Shown: positions 1 to 11,199, counted from the first letter of the stretch. The stretch: DNA of 64,000 bases from an uncultured Alphaproteobacteria bacterium (GCA_947085465.1 CAMTWQ010000015.1:1201-65200); one strand, 5' to 3'. A program made the numbers and translations. The notes: generated by a model from the sequence alone, not told the origin.

Positions 1-364
1 CGGGATCGGGAAAGCCCCAATGGGCGGTCATCGGCTGCCCCGGCCAGGCCGGGCACGCCTCTCCCGCCGCGTTATCGCAAACGGTAAAAACAAAATCCAT
101 CTGTGGCGCGCCGTGGGCCGCGAACTCATCCCAGGATTTGCTGCGCAACCCATCAACCGGCATCTTGGCGATTTTCAAAGTATCAATCGTAAACGGATTA
201 ATGGCGCCCGAAGGGTGGCTTCCCGCGCTATAGGCCCTGAAACGGCCCATGCCATGGAAATTCAATAGCGCTTCCGCCATCACGCTGCGCGCGGAATTCC
301 CCGTGCACAGAAACAGCACCCGCTTTGGCTCCTTAGCGCCTTTGTCATTAGCAACAATTGCCAT
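1..364 (-). CDS. arsC: arsenate reductase, LMW-PTPase (thioredoxin-coupled) type; the C-terminus runs off the window start
   Basis: My own minus-strand translation from the ATG at 364-362 gives [34 protein letters not shown]...[31 protein letters not shown]. The CTGNSARS P-loop is the family signature. It is absent from the ORF track because there is no stop codon in the window. Confidence 0.8.
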   Translation of the reverse strand, partial: MAIVANDKGAKEPKRVLFLCTGNSARSVMAEALLNFHGMGRFRAYSAGSHPSGAINPFTIDTLKIAKMPVDGLRSKSWDEFAAHGAPQMDFVFTVCDNAAGEACPAWPGQPMTAHWGFPDP

Positions 365-494
365 TTGTCCCGCACCCTTGAGCCGTAGATTTATCCGCCA
401 GTAAAGGGCTAACGCTATCGGCGTTATGTTACCGGAATGTTGCAGCCCGTCCTCGCTGGTAAGAAACCCCTCCCAGGCGGGCAGGCGGGCGAAT

Positions 495-532
495 CAGGCC
501 CCGCTGTCCATCGTCAGGATGTGCGGGGCCTG
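495..532 (-). terminator. GC-rich hairpin downstream of the PEP-CTERM gene; possible terminator
   Basis: The 10-bp stem caggccccgc (495-504) pairs with gcggggcctg (523-532) around an 18-nt loop, 26 nt past the stop at 558. There is no clear U-tract. Confidence 0.3.
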
Positions 533-557
533 AATAGTGGCGGGATTACTGGAGTTT

Positions 558-1952
558 TCAAGCAGTATTTTTGTTACGGCCCCGCGCATAACCGCCAATC
601 AGACCAAGACCGCCCAGCAGCAGAGAGATTGCTTCGGGCTCCGGCACAATGGAAATACGGATGGTGCGATCCACATCATTGCCGGCATGCTGGACGTTCA
701 CATAGGCTATCCTGGGATTGAACGGGTCGAAATACAGACCCGTTGGTTCGGCGCCAAGGGTGGACAGGCTGGCCCAGCGGCCGAGGGATTCGGCAACGCC
801 ATCAAAGTCGATGTCACAGGCGAACCAGATATCGGCAAACCCGGCCGGCTGATCCTCGATAATGTAGATATTGCCAAGCCCATCAATCGCCAGATTGTCC
901 GGGCTCAGGAATTCTAGGCCTACTGCGGCGCCGGTTCCTTTCTTGATTGTATCCCTGTCGGCAAACAGGGTGACGTTTGCGTTGTCGGCATCGGTCAGGC
1001 CGATGGCGAAAACTGTGCCAGCGCCATCCACGCCAGAAGCGGTGGCGGCGAAGTAAAGCTTCTGCTCGCCGCTTACGGTTTTGATTTCCAGGTCTTCCGG
1101 CCGGTTAAAATTTGTGCCGAGGGCGATGTCGGCAGCGATGCGGCCATCGACGCGGGTGTTCCCGTCAATGGTTACATTGGCGAGAACGTCCACTGCGCTG
1201 CCGTCCGCGTTGGTGATTTTTACCCAGGTTGACGCGCCCACGGCGTCGGTATTGCCGCCTGCGCCAACCTTCAGCACGAAGGTCTCGCCGGCGTCAAAGA
1301 ATGTGCTGCCGTCAGCGGGGGTGGACGACACATATTTATAAATGCTGCCGCCACTGAACTCGTCGATGAAATACATATTGTTATCGGCGTCAAAGGCCAG
1401 GCCTTCATGCGAAACACGCGGAATGATGTTGCGCTCTACAAAGCCAACAGCGTCCGGCGCGCCGAGCGGGTCAGTCACCTCAAACAGGCGGCCCTTGACA
1501 CTGCCTGCCCCCCAGCTTTCTTCGGCCGTCAGGTAGGTGTCGAACGGAGTCCAGCGCGAGGCGTCGCCGCGGACGAAGCCTTGTGCACCCTCGGCCACGA
1601 TGGTTTCCGCGACGCCGGTATTTTTATCGAGGCGGCGCACGCCCGCGGTGGACGATTCATATGGGGTGAACAGGAAGCGGCCGGCATCCGGGCCGCTTTC
1701 GTTCAGCGTATTCATGTCCCATTCATCGCCAAACCTGGTTGCCGACCCGGCCGGCCCATTGGCGTGAAGGGTTTCCTGCCGGAAGCTGGAGGATGATAGC
1801 TGGAACGGCTTGTCTTCAGGCAGCGAACCGGCTGCGACTGACGCGGCCAGCGGCGTGAAGTCGGCAAACGTTACCGGGGCGGCAAAAGCAGGTGAAGTGG
1901 CAAGGGCGATGCTTGCAACGCCTAAAGCCAGTAAATATTTATGCTGATACAT
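558..1952 (-). CDS. secreted PhoX/DUF839-like beta-propeller protein with a C-terminal PEP-CTERM sorting signal
   Basis: The likely start is MYQHKYLLALGVASIALATSPAFA (ATG at 1952, GGAG upstream), which is a signal peptide. Motifs NFNRPEDLEI and SPDNLAIDGLGNIYIIEDQ look PhoX/DUF839-like. The C-terminus VPEPEAISLLLGGLGLIGGYARGRNK has the PEP motif, a TM helix and a basic tail. Confidence 0.65.
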   Translation of the reverse strand: MYQHKYLLALGVASIALATSPAFAAPVTFADFTPLAASVAAGSLPEDKPFQLSSSSFRQETLHANGPAGSATRFGDEWDMNTLNESGPDAGRFLFTPYESSTAGVRRLDKNTGVAETIVAEGAQGFVRGDASRWTPFDTYLTAEESWGAGSVKGRLFEVTDPLGAPDAVGFVERNIIPRVSHEGLAFDADNNMYFIDEFSGGSIYKYVSSTPADGSTFFDAGETFVLKVGAGGNTDAVGASTWVKITNADGSAVDVLANVTIDGNTRVDGRIAADIALGTNFNRPEDLEIKTVSGEQKLYFAATASGVDGAGTVFAIGLTDADNANVTLFADRDTIKKGTGAAVGLEFLSPDNLAIDGLGNIYIIEDQPAGFADIWFACDIDFDGVAESLGRWASLSTLGAEPTGLYFDPFNPRIAYVNVQHAGNDVDRTIRISIVPEPEAISLLLGGLGLIGGYARGRNKNTA

Positions 1953-2082
1953 TGTGTGATCTCCATGTAACAATATTGCCAATGGCCCGTTTTGGACCGG
2001 CGGATTATTGCTACGCATGGTTCGTTACAGCCCGGAGACTCAATTATGAATTTTGTTTTAGTGAGACAGGGGCGGGAGTGGC

Positions 2083-3147
2083 CTACACAGCCACTGCGGC
2101 GTTCTGCAATGGCGGGTGCATTCCCGCAGGCAGGCGCGGCGGATGGCCCGGATGAAACCGGATGTGCAGCAGTTGAGTGGCGGTAATGTTTCCGGCCATG
2201 GATAGATCGGCGGGCCCGAACTCGTCATCCGAAAGGATCGCGCCGGTTAAATCAGTGCTGCGCAGGCTGGCGTTTGCAAACACCGCCCCCGCCAACTGCG
2301 CGCCGCGCAGATCCGCACCACGTAAATTCACGCCGCTAAAATTTACCCCGCGCAAATCAGCGCCAGACAAATTAGAATTTTCCAGATGATAACGGGAAAA
2401 ATCCGCGCCGGATAATTCAAGGCCGGCCAGTTGGGTGCGGCGTAAATCAATGAGATCACGCTCACTTGCCGCTGGATGCATCAGGCGCGACAACACTGCA
2501 AGCGCCGCTGTCACGTCATAGCCCGGCCGTTTTCCGGGTGTTATCGTATCGGGTCCGGCCCATTGTTGGATATAGGCGCAAAGCGTACCTGCGCAAGCGG
2601 TCATTACGCCTTCTTGTTTCGCTGCGCGTTCCAGCGCCAGGATGCCGCCAATGCGCACGGTTGCTTGCGCGTGCCCCAAATAGTCGAGGGCCGCAAGGAA
2701 CGGGTCTTTAATTTCGGCCGGACTAATCCCGCAAGCGGCTAATGGCTCCGATTGAGATTTATCGGATGTCCGTGATTCGAATTCTGCTGACTCGATATTT
2801 ACCGCCTGAACGCGCGATTCCGGCCCACCCTCAGACCGGTCAATTGGCCTGGAAGATGGCTCAAATGCTTGGTTTATTGGCGCCTGCGGTTCAAGCATAT
2901 GCGTGCCGCCAAAATTGGCGCCAGACAGCCTTCGTCCGGACGTCAGCCATGCCATTGCGCCAATGCTCAAGCATAGGACCACGACAACCAGCCAGCCAAG
3001 CAATTTAACATCCGGTGTGGCGGGAAATTCGATTGCGCGCCAGGGTTCAAGGCTTAAGCCAACTGTTGCGCCAATCACGAGTGCGGTTGCAAACAGTACG
3101 CCATCGCTCAGGCCGATTTTTACTGCGTATCTAAACGCCGTTTGCAT
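2083..3147 (-). CDS. membrane-anchored pentapeptide-repeat protein
   Basis: There are two N-terminal hydrophobic helices. The C-terminal run reads SGADFSRYHLENSNLSGADLRGVNFSGVNLRGADLRGAQLAGAVFANASLRSTDLTGA, which matches the A(D/N)LXX pentapeptide pattern. Confidence 0.75.
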   Translation of the reverse strand: MQTAFRYAVKIGLSDGVLFATALVIGATVGLSLEPWRAIEFPATPDVKLLGWLVVVVLCLSIGAMAWLTSGRRLSGANFGGTHMLEPQAPINQAFEPSSRPIDRSEGGPESRVQAVNIESAEFESRTSDKSQSEPLAACGISPAEIKDPFLAALDYLGHAQATVRIGGILALERAAKQEGVMTACAGTLCAYIQQWAGPDTITPGKRPGYDVTAALAVLSRLMHPAASERDLIDLRRTQLAGLELSGADFSRYHLENSNLSGADLRGVNFSGVNLRGADLRGAQLAGAVFANASLRSTDLTGAILSDDEFGPADLSMAGNITATQLLHIRFHPGHPPRLPAGMHPPLQNAAVAV

Positions 3148-4048
3148 AGAGCTTCAGGATGGCGTGAATGACCCGGTGCACGGGTGTTGGCACGCCTGCT
3201 TTTTCACCGAGCCGCACGACGCCGCCGGATAGCCAATCGACTTCCAGCCGGCGGCCATGCTCCAAATCTTCCAGCAAGGAAGGTTTCAAATTATGCGGCA
3301 TGCCCTGCGCCATGCGCAGGATTGATCCGGAATGCTCTTTGGGCAGAGTAATTCCCATGGCGCGGGCGACCGCTTCGGTTTCGCGCAGCGCATCGCCAAG
3401 CAGCCGCAGGCACTCGGGTTCCGCGCGCACAACGCCGATCGGCGCGCGCGCCAATCCCATAACACCGGAAAACGCCGCAACCAGGACGAATTTCGCCCAT
3501 AGGCTGCCGGTAATGTCGGGCTTGAAGCGCGCCTCGACCCCGGTTTTGGCGAACGCGCCGATGAGTGATTGCGCTCGCGCGCTCAAGCGTCCGTCAAGCT
3601 CGCCAAAATCAATGTGGCCCAGAGCGCCGAGATGGCGGATCAGGCCCGGCTCAACAATGTTGGCGGATACATAGGATGCGCCTGGCAAGATGCGCGCGCG
3701 GCCGATCTCCGGGCTGAGCATATCCATCACCTCAACGCCGTTTTGCAGGGTGACGATGAAGGTGTCCGGGCCAAGCAGCGGCGCCAGCATTTTTGCCGTT
3801 GTTTCGACATCATACAGCTTGACGCAATACAGCACGCAATCGACCGCGCCGATGCGCGTGGGATCATCGCTGGCGGTGACCGGATTAACCGCAAAATCAC
3901 CATTGGGGGATTCCACCCGCAAGCCATGCTCGCGCATCGCCGCCAGGTTTTTTCCGCGCGCAATGAATGCGACCTCTTCGCCCGCAAGCGCAAGCTTGCC
4001 GCCGAAATAGGCTCCCATTCCTCCCGTTCCAAAAATGGCGAATTTCAT
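3131..4048 (-). CDS. panE: 2-dehydropantoate 2-reductase (ApbA/PanE family)
   Basis: The N-terminus MKFAIFGTGGMGAYFGGKLALAG is a Rossmann motif, and length and overall pattern fit the family. Confidence 0.7.
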   Translation of the reverse strand: MKFAIFGTGGMGAYFGGKLALAGEEVAFIARGKNLAAMREHGLRVESPNGDFAVNPVTASDDPTRIGAVDCVLYCVKLYDVETTAKMLAPLLGPDTFIVTLQNGVEVMDMLSPEIGRARILPGASYVSANIVEPGLIRHLGALGHIDFGELDGRLSARAQSLIGAFAKTGVEARFKPDITGSLWAKFVLVAAFSGVMGLARAPIGVVRAEPECLRLLGDALRETEAVARAMGITLPKEHSGSILRMAQGMPHNLKPSLLEDLEHGRRLEVDWLSGGVVRLGEKAGVPTPVHRVIHAILKLYANGV

Positions 4049-4072
4049 TGTAATGCTCCGCCCGTTTGAGGA

Positions 4073-5311
<1,239 letters not shown>

Positions 5312-5537
5312 TTAGGATTTTGCTGGATTTATAGGGTTTACGAGAATCCCGCCACTATATAACAGGGGCAGACTCACCCTAAAACATATCGCCGCCGGTT
5401 GGAACCGTCCGCTGTACGAACACATTTTCTAATAGTCGTTTGACGAATTGGCCCTTAGGGCCTAACTTGCAAGATATTGTTAAAATTTGACGGCGTAAGT
5501 TTCCTGTAGGGAATCCGCCTGACACCGTTTTTCCATT

Positions 5538-6677
5538 TTGCAAATGCGAGTAAATACTATGACTACTGGAACGATTGGCCACGATGATTCCGGCATGAAC
5601 CTGCCAACGCCTGCGCCGCTGCGCTTTCCGATAGAAAAGCCGCCGGCCTATGGCGGCTTCATGCAGGTGACGCCGGAAATTTACTGGTTGCGCGGCTCGA
5701 TGCCGATGGCGCTCAACCATATCAACATTTACCTAATCAAAGACGGCGAGGGCTGGACCGTGCTTGATACCGGGATCGCCACGCCTGAAATCAAGCAAGG
5801 CTGGCGCGACATGATCAAGGAACTGGGCGGCGGCCCGGTGAAAAAAGTCATCGTCACCCATTTTCACCCCGATCATGTGGGAAATGCGGGCTGGTTTTAC
5901 CGCGAATATGACGCGCCCCTCTGGATGTCGCGCACCGAATTATTGATGGCGCGTGTCGCCACTTCTCCTAACAGTCCAATGGGTTCAAATTCCCCGGAAG
6001 CGGAGGCGTTTTACCGCTCCTCCGGCTTTAGTGATGAGCAGATCGAAATCTATAACCAGCGCCGCACCCGTGGCTTTGCGTTTACCTCCGAAGAAGTGCC
6101 GTTTACCTATCATCGCATTCAGGATGGTGAAAAAATCATGATTAACGACACGGCCTGGGAAGTGGTCGTGGGCCGCGGTCATTCGCCGGAACATGCGTGC
6201 CTGTATTCCGCGCACCACAAAATTCTGTTCTCTGGCGATCAGGTGCTGCCCAATATCACCACCAATGTCAGCGTCATGCCAGGGGAACCGGAAGCTAATC
6301 CGTTGAAAGAGTGGATTGAATCCCTTTCCGCCATCCGCGACAGGCTGCCGGATGACGTGCTGGTGCTACCCGCGCACAACCGCCCGTTTTTTGGTCTTCA
6401 TGCGCGGCTGACCGCACTGATCGACGGGCATGAAAAAAACTTGCGGGATTTGCATGCCCTGTGTGTTGAGCCGAAGCGCGCCATTGACGTGTTTGATGTG
6501 CTGTTTGCCCGCAAAATCGACAATGAGGTGCTGTTCATGGCCACAGGCGAAAGCTATTCCCATATCAATTGCTTGATACATCGGGGGAAGCTGGCGCGGG
6601 AAGTGGATTCGAATGGGGTTGTCTATTTCCGCCAGACCGATGCAAAACCTGACCGCGCCATCAAGGCGGCTGAATAG
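5538..6677 (+). CDS. MBL-fold metallo-hydrolase
   Basis: It carries the HFHPDHVGNAG metal-binding motif. The true start is uncertain: the track start is TTG, and in-frame ATGs lie at 5544, 5559 and 5592. Confidence 0.7.
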   Translation: MQMRVNTMTTGTIGHDDSGMNLPTPAPLRFPIEKPPAYGGFMQVTPEIYWLRGSMPMALNHINIYLIKDGEGWTVLDTGIATPEIKQGWRDMIKELGGGPVKKVIVTHFHPDHVGNAGWFYREYDAPLWMSRTELLMARVATSPNSPMGSNSPEAEAFYRSSGFSDEQIEIYNQRRTRGFAFTSEEVPFTYHRIQDGEKIMINDTAWEVVVGRGHSPEHACLYSAHHKILFSGDQVLPNITTNVSVMPGEPEANPLKEWIESLSAIRDRLPDDVLVLPAHNRPFFGLHARLTALIDGHEKNLRDLHALCVEPKRAIDVFDVLFARKIDNEVLFMATGESYSHINCLIHRGKLAREVDSNGVVYFRQTDAKPDRAIKAAE

Positions 6678-6805
6678 CCGCTGGTGATTTAGTCTGTTCA
6701 GGACATGATCTAGCGTAGCTTGTCGCTGTTAAGTATAAAGAGACTTAAGAGAACATTAACGCTATTCGGTTAGGTTGCCTGCTGGTTTTCGGATTGGGGG
6801 TATAG

Positions 6806-8638
6806 GTGGACGGACTGGCAAGATTTTTTGATGCTATTTTTTCCGGCGTTTCATCTGCTTTCGGCGCGGTGTTGGGTCTAGCCCAGGCGGGCGTAAGCGG
6901 CATGTTTGGTTTGCTGCACGATCCACAGGTGGCGATAGCAAGCGCAATTGCGCTGCTGATCATTGCGGGTATCACACTCGTACGGTTCTTGTTTGGACGT
7001 ATCTTGCCGATCTCACAGGCCATTGCCCTGATCCGAGGCAAGATCGAAGAAACGCCTGACATGGCCGCCTTTGCGACAAATTTCGGCCGTTTTGATCTGG
7101 AGCTGAACGGGATCACGCCGCTGCGTCGCGCCTGGATGATGTTTCGTGCTGGGCTGGTGCTGCCGCCAGCGAATTCGCGCCTGCCGATCCGTTATAGCAG
7201 CCGCGCTGGCGACTATCTGCATCTGACGGCGCTAGAGTCGGGTGGTCTCAATTTCCGCTATTTTCAAGGCTGGGCGAATTATTTTCTTGGCATTGGCGTG
7301 CTGATTGCGTTTCTTGGCCTGTCGTCAGATCTGTATATGGCCAGCCTTCCGGCGTCACCGGATGCGCCGACGCCGGCGCATCTGCTTTCCGGCATGGCGT
7401 TCAAGGCGGTGCCGCTGATTTGCGGCATGCTTGGCTGGTTGTTGCTGACTTTCACCTATCGCAGCGCCGAGGAAATGCTGCGCGATGGGGTGCAGTCGCT
7501 GGCGCGCGCCATCGATGACCGGTTGCACTATCTGGCGCCGCAAAGCCTGTTGTCGCCCGAACGCGAAGGCTTGCGCGAGTTGGAGTTGCAGGCCGAACAC
7601 ATGCGCACATTATCGCGCGATATCGGCGCCTCGCTGCAACGGGTGGAGGTGCAGTTATCTGATACCTTGCCGGGGCGGATCGGCGAGGCGATGGGGCCGC
7701 TTGCCAATGCCATCGATCTGCTTGGAAAACGCCTGGCGGAAGCCAATACCGAGGCGCTGCGCAAGGCCGTTGGCGAACTTGCGGAGGGACTGCACGCAAG
7801 GGCGTCAGAAGATATCAGCGCATTATCGGATGTATTGTGCGAAGCCAGACTATCGATTGAAAGTGCTGGCGAGGCCATGCGTGACGCCAGCCATGTAATC
7901 CGCGATGCGGCGGGCGATGCGGGCGAGAATTTGCGTTCTGAACTCTCTCAAGCCGTGGTTTTGCTGGGTAATGGATTGGGCGGCGCCGGCGCCGAACTTG
8001 CAGCACAACTTTCATTGGTGTCGCAACATGCCGAGCGCGCTTTTGCGCCGCTGCCGCAACGGATTGGCGATCTGAGTGACATGCTGCAAACCATGAATTC
8101 ACGCATGGCGCAGCAAGGTGAGGCCTTTGCCTCGGTCATTACGCTGGCGCAGGCGGCGGTCAAGAGCCTGGGCGATTCGATGACACATATCCGCGAGGCA
8201 TCGCCTGCGTCCGCCACTGACGCAATTGTTGTGAGTGATCTGTCACGCGCAGCGCGCGATATTTCATCATCTGTTGAAACGGCAGGCGATGCGCGGCGTT
8301 TGTTGAAGCGGCTTTCTGAAAAGTTGCAGCAGCCGGCAACCCGCTTGATGAACGAGGATTGGTCATTGCACCTGCAATCGCTCGGTGACACCGACGCCAT
8401 GCTGACCGAGATTTTTGAGAATTTTCAGGAGAGCGCCACGCAACAGCGCGCGGCCCTTGACGCGGCAATAATTGAACTGGAAGGGCGGGTTGAACGTTTG
8501 TTCCGGGATCTTGATTCTGGCGTGGAGCGGCTGGAAAGCGCTATTGGCACAATCCGTGCTGGTTCTGGCACGACTATCGTTTCGCTAAGATCTGGAACAA
8601 TGCCGGCCGGCGAAACCCAGGATAGCGCTACCGGCTGA
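6806..8638 (+). CDS. hypothetical inner-membrane protein with a MotA/ExbB-like TM hairpin and a long alpha-helical tail
   Basis: GTG start. TM1 spans about aa 41-64. The TM2-TM3 hairpin (aa 155-217) contains NYFLGIGVLIAFLGL and GMAFKAVPLICGMLGWLL. Residues 220-610 are Ala/Leu/Glu/Arg-rich and helical. The family assignment is weak. Confidence 0.4.
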   Translation: MDGLARFFDAIFSGVSSAFGAVLGLAQAGVSGMFGLLHDPQVAIASAIALLIIAGITLVRFLFGRILPISQAIALIRGKIEETPDMAAFATNFGRFDLELNGITPLRRAWMMFRAGLVLPPANSRLPIRYSSRAGDYLHLTALESGGLNFRYFQGWANYFLGIGVLIAFLGLSSDLYMASLPASPDAPTPAHLLSGMAFKAVPLICGMLGWLLLTFTYRSAEEMLRDGVQSLARAIDDRLHYLAPQSLLSPEREGLRELELQAEHMRTLSRDIGASLQRVEVQLSDTLPGRIGEAMGPLANAIDLLGKRLAEANTEALRKAVGELAEGLHARASEDISALSDVLCEARLSIESAGEAMRDASHVIRDAAGDAGENLRSELSQAVVLLGNGLGGAGAELAAQLSLVSQHAERAFAPLPQRIGDLSDMLQTMNSRMAQQGEAFASVITLAQAAVKSLGDSMTHIREASPASATDAIVVSDLSRAARDISSSVETAGDARRLLKRLSEKLQQPATRLMNEDWSLHLQSLGDTDAMLTEIFENFQESATQQRAALDAAIIELEGRVERLFRDLDSGVERLESAIGTIRAGSGTTIVSLRSGTMPAGETQDSATG

Positions 8639-8650
8639 CCTCAACGGTTT

Positions 8651-8710
8651 TAGAGCAGCCCGCGATTATGTTCGAGCCTCATGGCTCGAACATAATGCAG
8701 ATTGCTCTAG
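8651..8710. repeat. hairpin repeat that combines an A-type left end with a B-type core and right end
   Basis: The sequence is tagagcagcccgcgattatgttcgagcctcatggctcgaacataatgcagattgctctag. Its core hairpin ttatgttcgagcc/ggctcgaacataa matches the units at 41799-41861 and 45582-45640. Confidence 0.8.
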
Positions 8711-8813
8711 TGATGTCACTTGCCGCTACCCCCACCCCTGTATAAATTAGCGCGAGGCGCGCTGCAGCGTTGCGCCTGCGGCGCGTAATACAGTAACAGG
8801 AAGAGGCTGAGGC

Positions 8814-10010
8814 ATGAGCGATCTTGAACAATTCCGCGCGGAAACCCGCACTTGGCTTGAGGCTAACTGCCCGCCCTCCATGCGTACGCCGCCTAACGAT
8901 GAAGAAACCTGCTGGGGCGGCAGGAATGCGGTTTACAAAAATCCTGAGACAAAGCTGTGGCTGGACCGCATGGCCTCGCGTGGCTGGACCGCGCCTGCCT
9001 GGCCAAAGGAGTATGGCGGCGGCGGCCTTGACAAGGCGCAGAACCAAGTGTTGATGCAGGAACTGGGGCGTATCCGCGCCCGCTCGCCATTGTCAAGCTT
9101 TGGCATATGGATGCTTGGCCCAGCCCTGCTGGAATTCGCCAGCGAGCAACAAAAGCGCCATTATCTGCCGCAAATCGTGCGCGGCGAAATCCGCTGGTGC
9201 CAAGGCTATTCCGAACCAGGCGCCGGATCAGACCTGGCGGGCTTGCAGACCAAGGCCGAGGACATGGGCGATCATTATCTTGTCAACGGCTCGAAAATCT
9301 GGACTTCGTATGGCAATTATGCGGACTGGATTTTCTGCCTGGTGCGCACCGATGCCAAAGCGCCAAAGCACAAGGGCATCAGCTTCCTGTTGTTCGATAT
9401 GGCGGCGCCCGGCGCTTCGACCCGTCCCATTAAATTGATCAGTGGCGCGTCGGTGTTTACCCAAACCTTTTTCGAAAATGTGAAAGTGCCAAAGGATCAA
9501 TTGGTCGGCACGCTGAATGATGGCTGGACCATCGCCAAGGCGTTACTGCAACACGAGCGCAACATGATCGGCGGCATGGGCGGCGCCAATATACCCGGCG
9601 GCAGCGGCCAGCGTTCTCCCTCTACCGCCGCAAAACGATATTCCGGCGAGATTGACGGGCGGATCGCTGATCCGGTGCTGCGCCTGGACATCGCCAAACA
9701 CAATATGAATTCGCGGGCCTTTGGCGTTACCGGCCAGCGCATGACCGATGAACTGAAGGCCGGCGCGCCGCCGGGCCCCGCATCCTCGATGTTCAAATAT
9801 TACGGCACCGAGCAGAACAAGCGCAAATACGAGTTGCTATTGCAAGCCATGGGCACCCAGGCCCTGGGCTGGGAAGGCGGCGAATTTCAGGAACACGAGT
9901 TGGCCATCACGCGTGAATGGCTGCGCACCAAAGGCAACTCGATCGAGCGCGGCACCTCCGAAGTGCAGCTCAACATCATCGCTAAAAACGTATTGCGGCT
10001 GCCCGATTAG
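8814..10010 (+). CDS. acyl-CoA dehydrogenase family protein
   Basis: The protein is 398 aa with WCQGYSEPGAGSDLAGL and a C-terminal GTSEVQLNIIAK pattern. Confidence 0.8.
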   Translation: MSDLEQFRAETRTWLEANCPPSMRTPPNDEETCWGGRNAVYKNPETKLWLDRMASRGWTAPAWPKEYGGGGLDKAQNQVLMQELGRIRARSPLSSFGIWMLGPALLEFASEQQKRHYLPQIVRGEIRWCQGYSEPGAGSDLAGLQTKAEDMGDHYLVNGSKIWTSYGNYADWIFCLVRTDAKAPKHKGISFLLFDMAAPGASTRPIKLISGASVFTQTFFENVKVPKDQLVGTLNDGWTIAKALLQHERNMIGGMGGANIPGGSGQRSPSTAAKRYSGEIDGRIADPVLRLDIAKHNMNSRAFGVTGQRMTDELKAGAPPGPASSMFKYYGTEQNKRKYELLLQAMGTQALGWEGGEFQEHELAITREWLRTKGNSIERGTSEVQLNIIAKNVLRLPD

Positions 10011-10027
10011 GGCCGGGGGAAAATTCA

Positions 10028-11167
10028 ATGGCATTAGTACTGAACGAGGATCAAGTCCTGCTGAAAGACGCGGCGCGCGCGTTTATTCAGGATAAATCGC
10101 CGATTGCAGGGTTTCGCAAATTGCGCGATACGAATGATGCCAGCGGCTTTGACCGTAAATTATGGAAAGAAATGGCGGCGCTTGGCTGGGCCGGTATTAT
10201 CATTCCAGAGGAATTTGGCGGCTCTGGCTTTGGCTATGTCGGCCTTGGGGTAGTGCTGGAGGAGGCTGGCCGTACCTTGCTTGCTTCACCGCTTGTCTCC
10301 ACTGCCTTGATCGGCGCCAGCGCCGTGCTGCGGGGCGGCAATGCTGTGCAGAAAAAAGAAATACTGCCGGCCATCGCCACGGGTGATTGGCTGCTGGCGC
10401 TGGCGCTTGAAGAAGGCCCGCGTCACGCGCCCTATGCGATTACAACAAAAGCGGAAAAGGCTGGTGATGGCTACACGCTTAATGGCAAAAAAACTTTCGT
10501 GCTCGATGGGCATGTGGCGGATCAACTGATTGTAGTTGCGCGGACCTCTTGCAAAACTGGTGATCGCGATGGCCTGACATTGTTTCTGGTTGAGCCAACC
10601 ACGCCCGGCGTTAAGATAACCCGAACGATCATGGCGGATAGCCGCAACGCCGCGAATATTGAATTTTCCGGCGTGAAACTTGCCGCCGATGCCGTGCTTG
10701 GCGGTGTTGATCAGGGGGCTGACATTCTTGATCCGGTGCTGGACCGGGCGCGCATCGCGTTGAGCGCGGAGATGCTTGGATGTATCAGGGAATCATTCGA
10801 GCGCACGATTGAATATCTGAAAACCCGGCAGCAGTTCGGTGTGCTGATTGGCTCCTTCCAGGCCCTGAAACACCGCGCGGCGGAAATGTTTTGTGAAATT
10901 GAATTGTCCATATCGGTTGTGCTTGATGCGCTCATCGCCATCGATGAGAATCGCAATGACGTGCCGCAAATGGCGAGCCTTGCCAAAGCGCGGCTGAACG
11001 ACACGTTTTTCCTGGTTAGTAACGAAGCCTTGCAGATGCATGGCGGCATTGGCATGACCGATGAATTTGACATCGGGCTATTTATGAAGCGCGCCCGAGT
11101 CGCGCAGGCCAGTTTCGGCGATACGGTGTTTCACCGTGATCGTTACGCGAGCCTTGAAGGGTATTGA
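10028..11167 (+). CDS. acyl-CoA dehydrogenase family protein (partner of the preceding gene)
   Basis: The protein is 379 aa with QQFGVLIGSFQALKHRAAEM and ALQMHGGIGMTDEF motifs. It lies 18 nt after the upstream ACAD gene. Confidence 0.8.
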   Translation: MALVLNEDQVLLKDAARAFIQDKSPIAGFRKLRDTNDASGFDRKLWKEMAALGWAGIIIPEEFGGSGFGYVGLGVVLEEAGRTLLASPLVSTALIGASAVLRGGNAVQKKEILPAIATGDWLLALALEEGPRHAPYAITTKAEKAGDGYTLNGKKTFVLDGHVADQLIVVARTSCKTGDRDGLTLFLVEPTTPGVKITRTIMADSRNAANIEFSGVKLAADAVLGGVDQGADILDPVLDRARIALSAEMLGCIRESFERTIEYLKTRQQFGVLIGSFQALKHRAAEMFCEIELSISVVLDALIAIDENRNDVPQMASLAKARLNDTFFLVSNEALQMHGGIGMTDEFDIGLFMKRARVAQASFGDTVFHRDRYASLEGY

Positions 11168-11199
11168 CGGCGCATTGAATATAATTTAACACCCACTTA

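Noticed and set aside
20-268. An 82-aa plus-strand ORF sits at the window start.
   Set aside because: It is antisense to the arsC reading frame, which has an unmistakable CTGNSARS motif, so this ORF is a shadow.
8679-9047. A 122-aa minus-strand ORF ends ...ICIMFEP.
   Set aside because: It reads through the hairpin repeat at 8651-8710 and is antisense to the start of the acyl-CoA dehydrogenase gene. It has no motifs.
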